From Squalus acanthias (taxonomy: Eukaryota), in NCBI GenBank assembly GCA_030390025.1, contig CM059449.1:36332001-36396000 (forward strand): 64,000 nt of DNA, read 5' to 3'. Under the pieces are notes generated by a model. It was not told the origin of the DNA. It was given only the letters and a program-made list of their open reading frames with translations, and made no database searches. Below are positions 35,368 through 47,598 of the stretch, piece after piece. Made by a program: the position numbers and the translations under genes. How positions within the stretch are numbered: the first letter of the stretch is position 1; every line of letters starts with the position of its first letter.

Positions 35368-38160
35368 TCATAGTATCATAGAATGGTTACAGCACGGAAG
35401 ATGGCCATTCGGCCCGTCGAGCCCGTGCCGACTCTCAGCTAGTCCCACTCCCCTGCCCTTTCCCCGTAGCCCTGCATTGTTTCCTTCAGATACTTATCCA
35501 ACTCACTTTTGAAAGATAAAATTGAGTCTCCCTCCACCACCCTTTCAGGGAGTGCATTCCAGATTTTAACCACTCGCTGCGTAAATAAGCTTTCTTCCAT
35601 CGACTTTGGTTCTTTTGCCAATCACCTTAAATCTGTGTCCTTTGGTTCTCGACCCTTCTGCCAATGGGAACAGTTTCTCTCTATCTACACTGTCCAGGTC
35701 CCTCATGATTTTGAACACCTCTATCAAATCTCCTCTTAAACTTCTCTGCTCCAAGGAGAACAACCCCAGCTTCTCCAGTCTATCAACGTAACTGAAGTCC
35801 CTCATTCCTAGTATATTTTCTGCCTTTTTAACTGCTTTCTCAACCTGCCCTGCCACCTTCAACGATTTATGCACACAGCCCCGCAGGTCTCTCTGTTTGT
35901 ACACCTCCTTTAGGATTGTACCGTTTAGTTTATATGTCCTCTCCTCATTCTTTCTAACAAAATGCATCACTTCACACTTTTCTGCGTTAACTTTCATCTG
36001 CCACATATCCACCCACTCCACCAGCCTGTCTATATCATCCTGAAGTCTATCACTCTCCTCGTCACTGTTCACTGTACTTCCAAGTTTTGTATCAAATGCA
36101 AATTTTGAAATTGTGCCCTGCACACCCACGTCCAAGTCATTAATATATATCAAAAAAAGCAGTGGTCTTAGAATCGACCCCTGGGGAACACCACTGTATA
36201 CCTTCCACCAGTCCGATAAACAACCGTTCACCACTACTCTCTGTTTCCTGTCACTTTGCCAATTTCTTATCCATGCTGCCGCTGTCCCTTTCAGTCCATG
36301 GGCTTCAATTTTGCTGGCAAGCCTATTTCGTTGCATTTTGTAGAACGCCTTTTGGAAATCCATGTACATTAGGTCAACCACATTACCCTCATCACCATCT
36401 CTGTTACCTCAGCAAAAAACTCGATCAAGTTGGTTAAGTACGATTTGCCTTTAACAAATCCGTGCTGGCTTTCCTTAATTAATCCACCCCTATACAAGTG
36501 ATTTGATTTTGTCCCTGATTTCTGTTTCTGAAAGCCTCCACACTACCGCGGTTAAATTGACTGGCCTCTCGTTGCTGGGTTTAACTTTACACCCTTTTTT
36601 GAACAATGGTGTAACATTTGCAATTCTCCTGTCATCCTGCACCACCCCCGTATCTATGGAGGATTGGAATATTATGACCAGTACCTCTGCGATTTTCACC
36701 CTGAACTTCTTCAGCATCCTAGGATGCACCCCATCTGCTCCTGGTGATTTATCTACTTTAAGTACAGCCAGGCTTTATAATACCTCTTCTTTCTCAATTT
36801 TCATCCTATCAAGTGTCTCTACTACCTCCTCCTTCACAATGTCTATGGCAGCATCCTCTTCCTTGGTAAAGACAGATGCAAAGTAATCATTTAGTACCTC
36901 AGCCATGCCCTCTGTCTCCATGTGTAGGTCTCCTTTTTGGTCCCTAATACCTTACTATTTCTTACTTCGGTGCTCTCTGCCTCTCCCCATCCTTTGATCA
37001 CTTTATTTCCGCTTTCTAATGTTACATCCCGGTGCCCATCTCGCTGCCAAATTAGTTTAACCCCCACCCCAACAGCACTAGCAAATCTCCCGCAAGGATG
37101 CTGGTCCCGGCCTTGTGGAGGTGCAACACGTCTGGCCTGCACAGGTCCCACCTCCCACAGAACCGGTCCCAATGCCCCAGGAATCTGAAGCCCTCCCTTA
37201 TGCACCAATTCTCCATCCACACATTCATCTGCTCTATCCTCCTATGTGTATACTCACTCGCACCTGGCACCAGGAGTAATCCGGAGATTACTACCTTTGA
37301 GGTCCTGCTTTTTAATCTCTTTCCCAGCTTCCTAAAATCTACCTGTTGGACCTCATCCCTCTTTCTACCCATGTCGTTGGTACCAATATGGACCACGACC
37401 TCTGGCTGTTCATCCTCCCCCCTCAGAATGTTCTGCAGCCGCTCAGTGGCATTTTAACCCTAGCACCAGGGAGGCAACACAAAATCCTAGAGTCACGTCT
37501 GCGGCCGCAGAAACGCCTGTCTGCTCCTCTAACTATCGAATCCCCTGCCACTATTGCTCTCCCACTCTTCTTCCGCACCCTCTGTACAGCTGAGCCACCC
37601 GTGGTGCCGCGGACATGGCTCTGGCTGTACTACCCAGAGGAACCAATGCCCTCACCAGTACTCTGAACAGAATACTGGTTGGAGAGCGAGATGCACTCAG
37701 GGGGCTCCTACACTACCTGTCCTGGTCCTGCTTTTCACTCTTGCGGTCACCCAATACTCCTTAGCTGCGGAATGACGACTTCCAGAAATGTGCTATCCAA
37801 GTAGTTCTCAGCCTCGTGGATGCACCGGAGTGACGCCAGCTGCTGTTCAAGGTCCGAAACCCGGAGCTCGAGCTCCTCCAGCTGACGGCAACTTCTGCAC
37901 ACGTGGTTGTCCAGGACACAGGAAACGTCCTGGATTGCCCACATGGCACTGGATGTGCACTCTGTGGGACTGAGCTGCCCTGCCATGCCTCCATTTAATA
38001 GGCTATTAACTAGCTTTACAGAAACTTAAGACTAAGATGTATCTAATTTAAATTAATATAACATGGTATTACAGTTATTAATTTAATATAGTATTAACAG
38101 TTACTAATTAAATATAGTATTAACAGTTACCAACCTCAAAGTTTCTGTTTTATCTCAAAC
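35368..38160 (-). mobile_element. Long CR1 LINE with ORF1 (zinc finger/coiled coil + esterase) and ORF2 RT; endonuclease region largely deleted
   Basis: ORF1 reads HVCRSCRQLEELELRVSDLEQQL, VHIGTNDMGR, ISGLL and DVLHL. The RT reads YMDFQKAF, GVPQGSILRP and ISKFAFD. There is an abrupt ORF1-to-mid-ORF2 junction near 36960. Confidence 0.88.
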
Positions 38161-38571
38161 CAGTTATTTAAACACGGACCCTGGAAGAGCAAGAAAAAAA
38201 ACCAAATTGACCTTTACCAACCATTCAGTTACCAGCTGTCCAATGACGTCAATGGAACTGAATGTCAGGCGCTGCGTATAACGGGCGGCCGATTCGCTAC
38301 CGCCCATTCTGCGCCACCAACTGAGATGAATTTCTCGGCCTGAATGTATGCAAAGGAGGAAATGGGCAAGGGCCGATGGCACACACAAACAATAATTTTA
38401 AAGGGAGCCCAGCTCCAGTACTTAATACCCCAGAGCTCCAGAGTGATAGAGGTGGGCTGCAGGAGGCTGACCCTGCTAGGAAAGTTGGAGCTATTGTAAA
38501 CATCGTTAATAGAAGGGAGGATCTCCTTCATAGCAGCTGTTGAGTCCTAATTTTTAAGCCTAGATACCAGA

Positions 38572-38765
38572 AACATCACTAAAACAGATTGTCTGTTCAT
38601 TATCGCATTGCTGTTCGTGGGAACTTGCTGTGCGCAAATTGGCTGCCGTGTTTCCTACATTATAATAGTGACTACACTTCAAAAGTACTTAATTGGCTGT
38701 AAAGATTTTTGGGACGTCCTGAGGTCGTGAATGGCGATATATAAATGCAAGTCTTTCGTTCTTTG
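38572..38765 (+). mobile_element. Deu-domain SINE 3' half
   Basis: Near-collinear with 440-625. Confidence 0.75.
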
Positions 38766-39099
38766 TAACTCGAGAAAGAGAGGAATAATAGGGAGTAGGG
38801 AGACAGAGGGATAGAAGTGAAGGAGAAATAAATGCTGGTAGAGGTGAAAGAGAGGTGAAGGGAAAGAAAAAGACAGGTGAATGAGAAGAGATGAAAGAGG
38901 CAAAGAGAACAGAAGTGAAGGCGGTGTAAATATCACGGTTCAAGGATTACAAGAAATACTGGTGTAGACTTACCTCATGCTGTGCCTGTAGTATAGCAAA
39001 ATATAATTAAATTCCATGTTAAGACTGAAAAGAAGAGAGAACAGTCAAAGATAAAGATACAAACTGGGCAAAGTTAGATTCAATTAGTAAAAGTGAACC

Positions 39100-42000
39100 T
39101 TTTTTTATTCGGTTACGGGATGTGGGCGGCGTTGGCAAGGCCAGCATTTGTTGCCCATCCCTAAATGCCCTTGAGAAGGTGGTGGTGAGCCGCCTTCTTG
39201 AACCGCTGCAGTCCGCGTGGTGAAGGTACTCCTACAGTGCTATTAGGTAGGGAAGGTTTTCCAGGATTTTGACCCAGCGATGATGAAGGATCGGTGATAT
39301 ACTTCTACGTCAAGATGGTGTGTGACTTGGAGCGGAACTTGGAGTTGGTGGTCTTCCCATGTGCCTGCTGCCCTTGTCCTGCTAGGTGGAAGAGGAGGCG
39401 CATTTGGGAGGTGCTGCCGAAGAAGTCTTGGCGAGTTGCTGCAATGCATCTTGTAGATGGTACACACTGCAGCCACGGTACGCCAGTGAATGTTTAAGGT
39501 GGTGGATGGGGTGCCAATCAAGCGGGCTGCTTTGTCCTGGATGGTGTCGAGCTTCTTGAGTGTTGGTGGAGCTGTACTCATCCAGGCAAGCGGAGAGTAT
39601 TCCATCACACTTCTTACTTTTGCCTTGTAGATGGAGGAAAGGCTTTGGGGAGTCCTGAGGTGAGACACTCGCTGCAGAATACCTAGCCTCTGACCTGCTC
39701 TTCTTGTCACAGTATTTATGTGGCTTGTCCAGTTAAGTTGCTGGTCAATGGTGACCCCCAGGATGTTGATGGTGAGGGATTCGGTGATGGTAATGCCATT
39801 AAATGTTAAGGGGCTGTGGTTCGACTCTCGCTTGTTGGAGATAGTCATTGCCTGGCACTTCTGTGGCGCGAATGTTACCTGCCACATATCAGCCCAAGCC
39901 TGAATGTCGTCCAGGTCTTGTTGCATGCGGGCATGGAATGCTTCATTATCTGATGAGTTGTGAATGGTGCTGAACACTGTGCAGTCATCAGCGAACATCC
40001 CCATTTCTGACATTATGTTGGAGGGTAGGTAATTGATGAAGCAGCTGAAGATGTTTGGGCCTAGGACACTGCCCGGCGGAACTCCTGCAGCGATGTCCTG
40101 AGGCTGTGATGATTGACCTTCCACCACGATCTTCCTTTGTGGTAGATATGACTCCAGCCAATGGAGAGATTTCCCCCCGATTCCCATTGACTTCAGTTTT
40201 ACACGGGCACCTTCCTGCCACACTCGGAGAAATGCTGCCTTGATGTCGAGGGCAGTCACTCTCACCTCACCTCTGGAATTCAACACCTTTATCCATATTT
40301 GGACCAAGGCTGTAATGAGGTCGGGAGCCGAGTAATCTTGGCGGAAACGAATAAGGCATCAGTGAGCAGGTTATTGTCGATGAGACTTTCCATCACGTTG
40401 CTGATGATTAAAAGTAGACTGATCGTATGGTAATTGGCCGGATTGGGTTTGCCCTGCTTTTTGTGGACAGGACATGCCTGGGCATTTTCCACATTGTCGG
40501 ATAGATGCCAGTGTTGTAGCTGTACTGGAACAGCTTGGCTAGAGGCTCGGCTAGTTCTGGAGCACAAGTGTTCAGTACGATAGGCAGGATGTTGTCGGGG
40601 CCCATAGCCTTTGCCGTATCCAGTGCGCTCAGTTATTTCTTGGTATGGAGTAAAAGGTAAAGTGTTAAATAAGGAAAAAGCAGGAAGTAAGTGTCGCAAA
40701 ACACATTTGAAAGTTCTTTATCTGAATGCACGTAGCATTCGTAACAAAATTGACGAGTTAACGGCACAAATAACTGTGTATGGGTATGATCTTGTGGCCA
40801 TTACAGAAACATGGCTGCAGGGTGACAACGTCTGGGAATTAAACATGCCAGGGTATTTAACAATCAGGAAGGACAGGCAGGAAGGAAGGGGAGGGGGGTG
40901 GCTATGTTAATAAAGGAAGGAATCACTGTAATACAGAGAAATGATATTGGGTCAAAAGATCAGGATAATGAAACAGTTTGGGTAGAGATAAGGAATAATA
41001 AGGGGGAAAAAAACACTGGTGGGCGTAGTATATAGGCCTCCTAATAGTTGCAACTCTGTTGGAAGGAATATTAATAAGGAAATAGTTGGAGCATGTAATA
41101 AGGGAACAGCTATAATTATGGGGGATTTTAACTATCATATTAACTGGACAAATCAAATTGGGCAGGGCAGCCTTGAGGAAGAGTTTATTGAGTGTCTTAG
41201 GGATGGATTTCTTGAGCAGTATGTAACTGATCCTACAAGGGGGCAAGCAACCTTGGACCTGGTACTGTGTAATGAGTCTGGATTAATTAATAATGTCCTA
41301 GTTAAGGATCCCCTTGGAATGAGTGACCATAACATGGTTGAATTCCATATCCAATTAGAGGGTGAGAAGGTTGGTTCTCAAACAAGCATACTGAGCTTGA
41401 ATAAAGGAGACTATGATGGCATGAGAGCAGAATTGATTAAAGTGGACTGGGAAAATAGATTAAAGGGTAAGACGGTACATGAGCAGTTGTGTTCATTCAA
41501 GGAGTTATTTTACAAATTTCAAAATAAATATATTCCACTGAGGAAAAAAGGGTGTAAAAGAAATGACAGCCATCCGTGGCTAAGTAAGGAAATTAAAGAA
41601 AGTATCCAACTAAAAACAAGGACATATTAGGTAGCCAAAGTTAGTGGGAGGATAGAAGATTGGGAAGTCTTCAAAAGACAACAAAAAGTAACTAAAGGAT
41701 TGATTAAGAAAGGGAAAATAGACTATGAAAATAAATTAGCAAAAAGTATAAAAACAGATAGCAAGAGTTTCTATAGTTATATAAAAAGAAAAAGGGTGGT
41801 TAAGGCAAACGTAGGTCCCTTAGAGGATGAGACCGGGAAATTAATGGTGGGAAACATGGAGATGGCAAAAATGCTGAACAAATATTTTGTTTCAGTCTTT
41901 ACGGTAGAGGACACTAAGAATATCCCAACACTGGACAAACAGGGGGCTCTAGTGGGGGAGGAGCTAAATACGTTTAAAATCACTAAGCAATTGGTACTCA

Positions 42001-44868
42001 GTAAAATAATGGGACTCAAGGCGGATAAATCACCTGGACCTGATGGCTTACATCCTAGGGTCTTGAGGGAAGTGGCAGTAGGAATTGTGGATGCTTTGGT
42101 AATAATTTTCCAAAACTCCCTGAACTCAGCAAAGGTCCCAGCAGATTGGAAAACTGCTAATGTAACACCCTTATTTAAAAAGGGTTGTAGGCAGAAGGCT
42201 GGAAATTATAGACCAGTTAGCCTAACATCTGTGGTGGGTAAAATTTTGGAGTCTATTATTAAGGAGACAGTAACGGAACATTTAGATAAACATAATTTAA
42301 TAGGACAAAGTCAGCATGGCTTTATGAAGGGGAAGTCATGTCTGACAAATTTGCTCGATTTCTTTGAGGACATAACGTACAGGGTGGATAAAGGGGAACC
42401 AGTGGATGTAGTGTATTTAGACTTCCCGAAGGCATTCGACAAGGTGCCACATAAAAGATTATTACTCAAGATAAAAAATCACTGGATTGGGGGTAATATT
42501 CTGGCATGGGTGGAGGATTGGTTATCTAACAGGAAGCAGAGAGTTGGGATAAATGGTTCATTCTCGGACTGGCAACCAGTAGCCAGTGGTGTTCCGCAGG
42601 GGTCGGTGCTGGGTCCCCAACTCTTTACAATCTATATTAACGATTTGGAGGAGGGGACCGAGTGTAACATATCAAAGTTTGCAGATGATACAAAGATGGG
42701 AGGGAAAGTAGAGAGTGAGGAGGACACAAAAAACCTACAAGGGGATATAGACAGGCTGGGTGAGTGGGCAGAGATTTGGCAGATGCAATACAATAGTGGA
42801 AAATGTGAGGTTATGCACTTTGGCAGGAAAAATCAGAGAGCAAGTTTTTACCTTAATGGCGAGAAACTGGAAAGTACTGCAGTACAAAGGGATCTGGGGG
42901 TCTTGGTGCAAGAAAATCAAAAAGTTAGTATGCAGGTGCAGCAGGTGATCAAGAAAGCCAATGGAATGTTGGCTTTTATTGCTAGGGGGATAGAATATAA
43001 AAACAGGGAGGTATTGCTGCAGTTGTATAGGGTATTGGTGAGACCGCACCTGGAGTACTGCATACAGTTTTGGTGTCCATACTTAAGAAAATACATACTT
43101 GCTCTCGAGGCAGTGCAAAGAAGGTTCACTCGGTTAATTCCGCGGATGAGGGGGTGGACATACGAGGAGAGGTTGAGTAGATTGGGACTCTACTCATTGG
43201 AGTTCAGAAGAATGAGAGGCGATCTTATTGAAACATATAAGATTGTGAAGGGGCTTGATCGGGTGGACGCAGTGAGGATGTTCCCAATGATGGGTGAAAC
43301 TAGAACTAGGGGACATAATCTTAGAATAAGGGGCTCCTCTTTCAAAACTGAGATGAGGAGAAACTTTTTCACTCAGAAGGTAGTGGGTCTGTGGAATTTG
43401 CTACCCCAGGAAGCTGTGGAAGCTACTTCATTAAATAAATTTAAAACAGAAATAGACCTTTTCCTAGAAGTAAAGGTAATCAGGGGTTACGGGGAGCGGG
43501 CTGGAAATTTGACATGAGTTTGACTTCGGATTGGTCAAGGCCCTGTGGGTGGCGGAGCGGGCCCGGGGCCGAGTGGCCTGGTCCTGCTCCTACTTCTTGT
43601 GTTCTTTAGAGTTGAGGTTGCATCAGATCAGCCATGATCTCATTGAATGGCGGAGCAGGCTCGAGGGGCCGATTGGTCTACTCCTGCTCCTATTTCTTAT
43701 GTTCTTATGTTCTTATATCACGTGCAGTGAATCGAATTAGCTGAAGACTGGCTTCTGTGATGATGGGGACCTCAGGAGTAGGCCGATATGGATCAGCCAC
43801 TCGGCACTTCTGGCTGAAGATGGTTGCAAACGCTTCAAACTTGACTTTTGCACTCACGTCCTGGGCTCCACCATTATTGAGGATGGGAATATTCTTGGAA
43901 CCTCCTCCCCCGTTAGTTGCTTAATGATCCACCACCATTCACGACTGGATGTGGCAGGACTGCAGAGCTTTAATCTGATCCGTTGATTGTGGGATCGCTT
44001 AGCCCTGTCTATAGCATGCTGCTTCCGCTTTTTAACATGCTTGTAGTCCTAGTTGAAGCTTCCCCAGGTTGGCCCCTCCTTTTTAGGTACGCCTGGTGCT
44101 ACTCCTGGCATGCTCTTCTACATTCCTTATTGAACCAGGGTTTGTACCCTGGCTTGATGGTAATGGTAGAGTGAGAGATTTGCCAGGCCATGAGGTTACA
44201 GATTGTGGTGGAATACATTTGTGCTGCTGCTGATGGCCCACAGCACCTCATGGATGGCCAGTTTTGAACTGCTAGATCTGTTCTAAATATATCCCATTTA
44301 TCACGGTGGTAGTGCCACACATGGAGGGTGTTCACAGTGAGAAGACGGGACTTCGTCTCCACAATGACTGTGCGGTGGTCACTGCTATCAATACTGTCAT
44401 GGACAGATGCATCTGCGACAGGTAGATTGGTGAGGACGAGATCAAGTAGGTTTTTCCCTCGTGTTGGTTCTCTCACCACCTGTCGCAGGCCCAGACTGGC
44501 AGCTATATCCTTCAGGAATCTGCCAGCTCGGTCAGTAGTGGTGCTACCGAGCAACTCTTGGTGATGCACATTGAAGTCCCCACCAATAGTATATTCTGTG
44601 CCGTTGCTACTCTCAGTGCTTCTTCCAAGTGGTGTTCAGCATGGGGGAGTACTGATTCATCAGCTGTGGGAGGGCGGTAGGTGGAAATCAGCAGGATGTT
44701 TCCTTGCCCATGCTTGACCTGAAACCATGAGACTTCATTGGGTCTGGAGTCAATGTTGAGGAATCCCAGGGTCACTCCTTCCCGACTGTATACCACTGGG
44801 CCGCCACCCCTGGTGGGTCTGTCCTGCCGGTGGGACTGGACATACCCAGGGATGGTGATGGAGGAGTT
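39100..44868 (-). mobile_element. LINE family B (CR1/jockey group; EN + RT), split by a CR1 insertion
   Basis: RT at 39243-40307 (LDIKAAF, GVPPGSVLGP, FADD) and EN at 44099-44800 (TYRPP, PTRGKNLLDLVL, SDH). The sequence ...TTTCTTG (40632) resumes as ATATCACG at 43715. Confidence 0.9.
40633..43714 (+). mobile_element. Young CR1 LINE, near-complete ORF2 (APE endonuclease + RT)
   Basis: LKVLYLNARSIRNK, ITETWL, YRPP, MGDFN, LDLVL and SDH, then a 605-aa RT ORF with FADD. Only one frameshift (near 40900) and one stop (41628-41630). Ends in a (TTCTTATG)n tail. Confidence 0.95.
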
Positions 44869-45759
44869 TGATGGTATGCCAGAAAATGTGGAATGAAAGC
44901 TTTACAATAAGGCAATGCAGAGACAGTGGGCATCATTCAAACAGCGGAATATTAATCTACAGCCTAGACATATTCCCACAAGTAAAGGTAGCTCACCAAA
45001 AGCTGGAATTCCTAGAATGAGAATTGAAATAAAAATTAAGATGAGAGTTAAAAAAGCAAGTGACATTTCGAATGTAAAAGGAAATCAAACTGAAAAAAAA
45101 CAGACCGGAAAAGAAAAGATTAGAACTGGTAATAAGAAGTCTGAAGGAAGACTGGCAGGTAAATAGTAAAGGTTCTTAGGAACAGATTAAAAAAACAAAA
45201 TAATAGTTAAATAAAGGGAAGGATTCATTATAGAGCAAGGAAATAATCTTCTAGAGGAAGAAAGAATGTTAGAGATATAACAGAAACCAATATTCAGCCC
45301 CAATTTTCACCAAGGAATGCGATAGAGGGAGTGAAAGGATATAAGAGGAGGACATGGGTCGATTAGATTGGTCGTGTGACAGCTTCTGGAACCAGAAAAC
45401 AGGACAATATTGAGCAAATCCTGAAAGTTGTGGGCTAGTTAAGGAGAAGAAAAATCAATCTGTAAAAAGCAAGCGCTGTCAGCCAAATTTATAGTTATTT
45501 GAGGAAAAGCAAGAGGCAAATTTACTTTGACAGTCCTGTGTGTATTAATGAGTTATCACCTCTGTGAAGTTAGTGCACACAGGAATGTAGGGCAAATAGG
45601 TTAAAGTTCATCAGAGAGTGTCTCCGATCAGGAGTTCCACCCTCCTAATAGTCAAGAATCATTGTAGTAAAAGCAGCTGCCTGATCTGTTTGTTTAAAAG
45701 ACCGTAAGTAATGTCAGTTATTGTGTAACCTAATTGTCTCACTTGAGATTTCTCTGAGA

Positions 45760-45769
45760 TATAAATAAA
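45760..45769 (+). promoter_or_regulatory. TATA box of GPCR A
   Basis: TATAAATAAA 88 bp upstream of the ATG at 45848. Confidence 0.55.
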
Positions 45770-45847
45770 GGATTGGATTGAAGCGGCTTCATCTTCTTGT
45801 CAAACTGAGCTACTGCCTCCAGCACCGGCATCGTGTGACTCAAAGAG

Positions 45848-45917
45848 ATGGATCGACCAATCCTTGCCCAGATTGAAGCGGTTTACTACCCGATTCTCGC
45901 AGTGTTTGGTGTTCCTG
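45848..45917 (+). CDS. GPR139/GPR142-like class A GPCR 'A', exon 1 (N-terminus + most of TM1)
   Basis: ATG 45848 reads MDRPILAQIEAVYYPILAVFGVP plus G, then GTAAGT. Resembles the GPR139 TM1 pattern VYY..L...G.P. Phase 1 matches exon 2. Confidence 0.9.
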
Positions 45918-46571
45918 GTAAGTCATTACCATCAGTTGTCAATGTCACTCGGGGTTTACCTGTATCACTGCTCTAGTTGATTCTGTGATCTGTTTGTTTT
46001 CACGGGCTTGTTTGTACTGAGATCAATTAAATGTCACCACCTTCTACTGAAACCTTAACGCAATAACGTCACAGAAATTCCCAGGGAAGCTACAATTGTC
46101 TCTGCAGTTTCAGCACCAACAATTTTAACAACTTTCACCACAGTCTCGCAGTACTGGGGGTGGAATAGGTCTTCGGCAGCAGCTCGAGACCGGCTCACAG
46201 CGAATCCGAACCTGTTTCACTCCGCGCACAATTTTTTTCCCATTGAAATAAAAAGTAAAGTATTTCGGGCACGGTCTGAATGTGCTGCCAATTCACTATC
46301 GCCAGTTTTGCGCTACCGTCCGATACAAATTTCACCCACAGAGTCAGAACAGAAGAAACTGGCAGGGAGAGAGAGAGAGAGAGAGAAATAGAGAGCGACA
46401 GAGTCAGAAATATAAAAATAGTTTAAAGAAAAGAGACAGAAAAGGAAAGTCAGAGAGACAGAGGGTAAACTGAACTCTGCTCGCCAGGTGTAAAACCGGG
46501 GCTCGCGAGCTGACAGCTTGTTTGAAAACTCGCTGGATTATTTTTCCATTTACTTCAAAGGACTTTGGTTT

Positions 46572-46900
46572 TGCTCCTGGACTAGGAATCCAGAGACATG
46601 GACCAATGTTCTAAAAATCGTGAGTTCAAATCCACCATGGCTGATCGAGAATGTGTGAATTCAGTTAAAAAATACCTGGAAATAAAAATAAATGGAGCAT
46701 TCATAAATTGACCAGGTATCATAAAGAGCCAACTGATTCACTAATATCCTTTAGAGAAGGAACCTGCCGTCCTTACCCGTCTGGCCTATACATGACTCCA
46801 GTCCGTCACCCACTGCCCTCTGAAGTGGTCTAGCAAGTTACTGAGGGCAACTAGGGATGGGCAATAAATGCCAGCGATGCCCACAGCCCGGGAATCAATT
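46572..46900 (+). mobile_element. tRNA-derived SINE with a LINE-family-B 3' tail, in the GPCR A intron
   Basis: B-box-like GAGTTCAAATCC at 46622. The tail GGGCAACTAGGGATGGGCAATAAATGCCAGCGATGCCCACA matches the LINE B ends at 32184-32240 and 39115-39175 (reverse). Confidence 0.7.
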
Positions 46901-47598
46901 AAAGTATACACAATATAGGTAACTGTGCTTGACCCATTGATTTACTGTTTTCTCTCTATTGCCACGTCTCGCGGTCTGCCAACTTATGCCTGAACCTCGG
47001 GCTTCCTTTCTTTACATAGTTGCCTGTTTCTTCTTAGTCCACTATTCCTTCACCTTGGCCAAGATGGATAACGGGTTGAGATGCCTTCTGAGACTCTCCA
47101 AAGAATCTCAGAATCCCTCACCCCTCTTCTGACACCCCCTTTTAATGTTCCCATCCCTTGTATTTGAATTCTACCCCTTTGCCTTCTCCCAAACCCGTCC
47201 CAGTTTGCAGCTCAAGCTGTGCTAGTGAGTAGACCTGGGTGTTAAGAGCGCACTTCTGGTTAATACTGTACATTAAACCCTCCCTCATAGCCATTCTGGA
47301 CTAAAATACCCTGATAGAAAACTCCCAGCTAAAGAGAAACAGAGACAGAGAGAGATGATTAGAGCGTCACAGAAACAAACTGAGACATAGAGAGAGAGGC
47401 AGGAGAAAGGCAGATTGTGAGTAAAACTGAGGGATGGTCAGAATCAGTGACAGATATAGAAATACAGAGAGAGTCAGAGAGAGAGAGCATGAGTTGAGCA
47501 GTAGAAAATATGTGATGAAATTTGATAAACTGTCATTACCTGCCGGCCATTTTGTTTTGACTATGATGATTAATTTATTTTTTCCTCTTTTATTGCAG

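Noticed and set aside
43538-43590. HDV-like ribozyme in the GC-rich CR1 3' unit
   Set aside because: The nested double pseudoknot could not be built. The segment is explained as a duplicate of the CR1 3' stem-loop.
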